A stretch of DNA of 64,000 nucleotides from Acidobacteriota bacterium. GTDB taxonomy: Bacteria > Acidobacteriota > CAIWXX01. Below the pieces are notes generated by a model. That model had not been told where the DNA came from, ran no database searches, and saw only the letters and a list, made by a program, of their open reading frames with translations. The translations under genes and the position numbers were made by a program. Of this stretch, positions 60,847-64,000 are shown in pieces; the first letter of the stretch is position 1, and each line of letters starts with the position of its first letter. Where the stretch lies: NCBI GenBank assembly GCA_040755995.1, contig JBFMAF010000026.1:44889-108888 (forward strand), given 5' to 3'.

Positions 60847-61278
60847 ATGGACGGTGAACGTGTACTGCTGGTGGACGACGAAATCGAGTTCATTCAGACC
60901 CTGTCGGAGAGGCTGGAGGCGCGTGGGCTGACAGTCGAGCTCGCTCAGAACGGGCCAGAGGCATTGAAGAAGGTCAGCGAGGGCCCGTTCGACGCCATTG
61001 TTCTCGACTTGGCGATGCCCGGTATGGACGGTATCGAAACACTATCCCTGTTGCGAAAGGACCACCCGGAGATGCAGGTCATACTTCTCACCGGCCACGC
61101 GACGGTGGAGAAGGGTGTCGAAGCGATAAAGCTGGGAGCGATGGACTTCCTCGAGAAGCCGGTCGGGATTCAGGAACTGATGGAGAAGGTGAAGGAGGCC
61201 CGGGAGAAGCGGCAGGCTGCGGTCGAGGAAAAGACCAAGCAGATGATCGCTGACATAGTGCGAACGAAGGGGTGGTAG
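60847..61278 (+). CDS. Single-domain response regulator
   Basis: VLLVDDE, LDLAMPG, LTGHA, EKP. GGAGG RBS; TTGACA-18-CACAAT at 60789-60818. Confidence 0.93.
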   Translation: MDGERVLLVDDEIEFIQTLSERLEARGLTVELAQNGPEALKKVSEGPFDAIVLDLAMPGMDGIETLSLLRKDHPEMQVILLTGHATVEKGVEAIKLGAMDFLEKPVGIQELMEKVKEAREKRQAAVEEKTKQMIADIVRTKGW

Positions 61279-61387
61279 GAGGGCCGGCGCGGGACCCGGA
61301 CCCCTGCCAGGCAGGCAGGCGAGGCATTCCTCGTCGTGCGAGGGCCGTGTTATATTCGATTCAGGGTAGCTGCTCTGAGAGGAACAG

Positions 61388-61720
61388 GTGGAGACTCCGC
61401 GCGAGCTCACTCAGGCCTTGAACGACTGGATCAAGGGCGATCGGGATGCCCTTGCCGAGTTCATGCCGCTTGTATATGACGAGTTGCGCAGGATGGCTCG
61501 GCGTGCGCTGCGGGGGGAGCGTCCTCACCACACGCTGCAGGCAACGGCTCTGGTAGACGAGCTCTATCTGCGCCTGGTGGGGCTGCACAGCCTCAGCTGG
61601 CAGAACCGGGCGCACTTCTTCGCCATCGCCGCAGAGATGATGCGCCGGATACTGGTCGACTATGCGCGCACGCGCAATCGAGCGAAGCGAGGAGGTGGAG
61701 CGGAGCCGCTGTCATTGGAC
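61388..61720 (+). pseudogene. Truncated ECF sigma factor (TIGR02999-like), region 4 missing
   Basis: LVYDELRRMA...HTLQATALV.E.YLRL...WQNRAHFFAIAA..MRRILVDYAR...KRGGG, after which similarity stops. Confidence 0.8.
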
Positions 61721-61984
61721 GTCCGTCCATGTGTCTCGGTCCGTGAGATATCGATGAGCAAAGACAAGGTAGCTTCGAGAGGGCAGACGCTGCAATAGGT
61801 AGGCTCCCAGGAGTTTCTCCAGGGCTTGCTGAAACTTCGCCATCGCAGCGTCATAGGGTGGATTGCCATTGTGAATCTCGTCCTGCACTGGAGTCCTCTT
61901 CAGGAATGCGGCGACAAGAAAATCAGCCCACGCCTGGCGCAGGGAAGGTGCGATGAACTTCCCAGCCTCAACTATGTTCCGCAT
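61712..61984 (-). CDS. HEPN-like protein, probably truncated
   Basis: LRQAWADF.VA...YDAAMAKFQQALEKLLGAYL matches the HEPN N-terminal pattern. Confidence 0.55.
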   Translation of the reverse strand: MRNIVEAGKFIAPSLRQAWADFLVAAFLKRTPVQDEIHNGNPPYDAAMAKFQQALEKLLGAYLLQRLPSRSYLVFAHRYLTDRDTWTDVQ

Positions 61985-62363
61985 GCCCGTTCGTCAGAGC
62001 CTCGGAGATACGTTGCGCCTCGGCGTCGTCCTCCCGTTCGAAAAGTATGTTGCGGGCTTTCCGGACTTTCATCAGCAGCTCATGACCATGGGATCCCGGC
62101 TGTTCCAGCGCCTGAAAGAATTCGTCCGGGCCGATGTAGGTGAGAAGCAGCTTCTTAGTCCCCGCCCGTTGGAGATCGGGCGGAGCAGCGAATTCGAAAG
62201 TATCCCACGATGCATCACCGGGGTTGACGACGCCACGACAGACCTCCAGAACACACACAGTAGTGGGGTCATCGGCCTCGTACTGGACGGCGAGGAGCAT
62301 CGGGGTCTTCGTGTCCTTGAGATGTTCCCTGACGAGATTGTCTAGCAGCTGATTGGCGACCAT
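61968..62363 (-). CDS. Hypothetical protein (possible antitoxin partner of the HEPN ORF)
   Basis: 131 aa with a GGGGGA RBS; overlaps the start of the HEPN ORF. Confidence 0.55.
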   Translation of the reverse strand: MVANQLLDNLVREHLKDTKTPMLLAVQYEADDPTTVCVLEVCRGVVNPGDASWDTFEFAAPPDLQRAGTKKLLLTYIGPDEFFQALEQPGSHGHELLMKVRKARNILFEREDDAEAQRISEALTNGHAEHS

Positions 62364-62423
62364 GTCATCCCCCTACTGACATTCTGTCCAACCTCATCGT
62401 TTTCGCAATATCATCGTGTGGCT

Positions 62424-62552
62424 CCGCACATCCCGCGGGACCTTGTCAGGGTTGTGATGAAATGCATCGAGAAGGATCCCCGCCTGCGCTACCTGTCGGC
62501 CCAGGCGGTCGCTGAGGATTTGCGCCGGTTTCTAGACGGCGAGACCTCGTGA
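62424..62552 (+). pseudogene. Ser/Thr kinase subdomain XI fragment
   Basis: Manual translation PHIPRDLVRVVMKCIEKDPRLRYLSAQAVAEDLRRFLDGETS*. Confidence 0.75.
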
Positions 62553-63127
62553 TTGACCCGTCGAATCCCGATCGATTCTTCCGCGCGACTGAGCGCGGTG
62601 TGTTCTCCTACACTCGGAAGGCATCGCCCGGCGGTCCAGTGATCGAACAATTGTCCCCGTCATCCGGGAAACCAGGCGACACAGTCATCCTCAAGGGCAG
62701 CGGCTTCGGGCCGCTGCAGAGCGACAGCAAGATACACTTCTGCACGGTGGATGCGGGCATCGCACAGTCGTGGTCAGACACCAGCATCAAGGTGACAGTG
62801 CCGAACGGTGTGCAATCCGGTCCTGTCACCGTGACCGTCGCGAACAAGAGGAGCAACCCGTACGAATTCATCGTGCTGCCGGTGACGGGCAACGTGTATC
62901 GCACATCCGGCCCGGCCAAAGGCGGCACGCGCGTGACGATCCTGGCTCCATCCGGCACCTCCGGCACGCAGTTCAACGTGCTCTTCGGCTCGATGGTGGC
63001 CGGCAACGTGCGCTTCAGGCAGCCGAACGTGATCACCTGCGACAGCCCGCCCGGCACAGGCACCGTCGATGTGAAGGTGACAAGCAGCGTGACGTCCACC
63101 GCCGTGGGGACGTTCACCTACTACTGA
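62549..63127 (+). CDS. Tandem IPT/TIG domain protein (probably a C-terminal fragment)
   Basis: PVIEQLSPSSGKPGDTVILKGSGFG...SWSDTSIKVTVP and SGPAKGGTRVTI. The N-terminus looks like the end of a propeller blade. Confidence 0.7.
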   Translation: MIDPSNPDRFFRATERGVFSYTRKASPGGPVIEQLSPSSGKPGDTVILKGSGFGPLQSDSKIHFCTVDAGIAQSWSDTSIKVTVPNGVQSGPVTVTVANKRSNPYEFIVLPVTGNVYRTSGPAKGGTRVTILAPSGTSGTQFNVLFGSMVAGNVRFRQPNVITCDSPPGTGTVDVKVTSSVTSTAVGTFTYY

Positions 63128-63216
63128 GAAGTGAGTTCCTTTGGTAAGAGTCGCGACTTGGCCGCCAGGGAGCCGCGGCTGACCGCCTGCTCCAGCGCCA
63201 GTATGCGCCGCCTCGC

Positions 63217-64000
63217 CTACTTGACCTTGTAGCTGACCACGTTGCTGGTCAGGCCGCCGGACACCACCTTCACTTTGTACGTCTTCCCGCTCCTGCACTT
63301 CGACGGTATCGTCACATCCAGCCGGCTCAGCGAGGCTGATTTCGGCGTGACCTTCAGCTTCCCGAAGTAGACGGTGTTCGAGGCTGCGCTGGAGGAGAAT
63401 CCCGAGCCGTAGATGGTGGCGGCCGCCCCCGGCTTCCCCTTCTTGCTCTTGATCGACGTGATCTTCGGTCCGGCGCCAGGAGTGTCTTTCACCGTGACGA
63501 TGGCAATTGAGCTGTCCACCGACCCGCAGGCGTTGGTTACGCGCACCCAATATTCGGCGTTCGCCGTGAGCGGCGGCGTGGTGTAAGCCGGCCAATCGAT
63601 GCCCACGGGGCTGCCAGTGCCAGCTCCCTTGTACCACTGGTACCGCAACGGCGCCGTGCCCGTCGCGCCGACGCTGAGCGTGGCATACTGGCCGCTCGAG
63701 ATTGTCAGGTCGGAGGGCTGAACGTGAATCGCCGGTGGCGTGCATGCGCCGCCCGTCAACGTGGTCCCCGGAAACTCGCCCGTCCGTTCGCTGATCACGG
63801 CGTTCGCGTTGCGGGTGTGTGGGTGGGTGAACGTGTCGGCCACGAAGTAGTACGTGGTGCCCGGGGCGAGCCCGTTGACTGGCATGCTGGTGATTGACTT
63901 GCTCGTGGTGCTGCCGTGCAGCGTGTATGGACCTCCGGGGGTCGTCGAATAGTAGATCCGATACCCGCCGTCGTCGCCCGTGTAGGAGATAGGCGACCAG
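63217..64000 (-). CDS. Surface protein C-terminus (FN3 + Ig + IPT/TIG); 5' end beyond the window
   Basis: Frame is open to the window edge. GYRIYYSTTPGGPY, GLAPGTTYYF, ATGTAPLRYQWY, YWVRVTNACG, IYGSGFS. Confidence 0.85.
   Translation of the reverse strand, partial: WSPISYTGDDGGYRIYYSTTPGGPYTLHGSTTSKSITSMPVNGLAPGTTYYFVADTFTHPHTRNANAVISERTGEFPGTTLTGGACTPPAIHVQPSDLTISSGQYATLSVGATGTAPLRYQWYKGAGTGSPVGIDWPAYTTPPLTANAEYWVRVTNACGSVDSSIAIVTVKDTPGAGPKITSIKSKKGKPGAAATIYGSGFSSSAASNTVYFGKLKVTPKSASLSRLDVTIPSKCRSGKTYKVKVVSGGLTSNVVSYKVK

Overview
A 64-kb window of a GC-rich bacterial chromosome. Gene content looks Acidobacteriota- or Desulfobacterota-like, but that is inference. It opens in the trailer half of a CRISPR array with 36-bp repeats ending ATTGAAGC (type I-G/I-U-like). 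The array has 23 clear repeats, a degenerate 24th and one duplicated spacer; no cas genes lie in the window. Directly after the array is a tightly packed four-gene cassette: a calcineurin-like metallophosphoesterase, an ECF sigma factor, a divergent sigma-like protein and an unknown protein. This cassette is the best candidate for an undescribed system. It converges on a recC-recB-recD operon. The middle is mostly housekeeping (pepT, rnc, GGDEF and HD-GYP genes, E2/lpdA, mutS, nagZ, M1 peptidase, APC permease, rsmA, dapF, M20 homologue, TrmH) plus a small LysM/metalloprotease islet. At 43-55 kb is a second uncharacterised module: two PEP-synthase-like dikinases with a non-canonical C-terminal domain, SulP, a CMK-like/receiver fusion, a sensor kinase, a receiver and a HisKA-only protein. 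The region 55-63 kb is a mosaic of gene fragments (PrpD, BrnT, IS91-like transposase, TolB-like, ECF sigma, HEPN, Ser/Thr kinase, IPT) with a ~70-bp direct repeat. A dispersed palindromic element and heptamer tracts at gene ends are also present. All family calls come from motifs read by eye; no database search was run.
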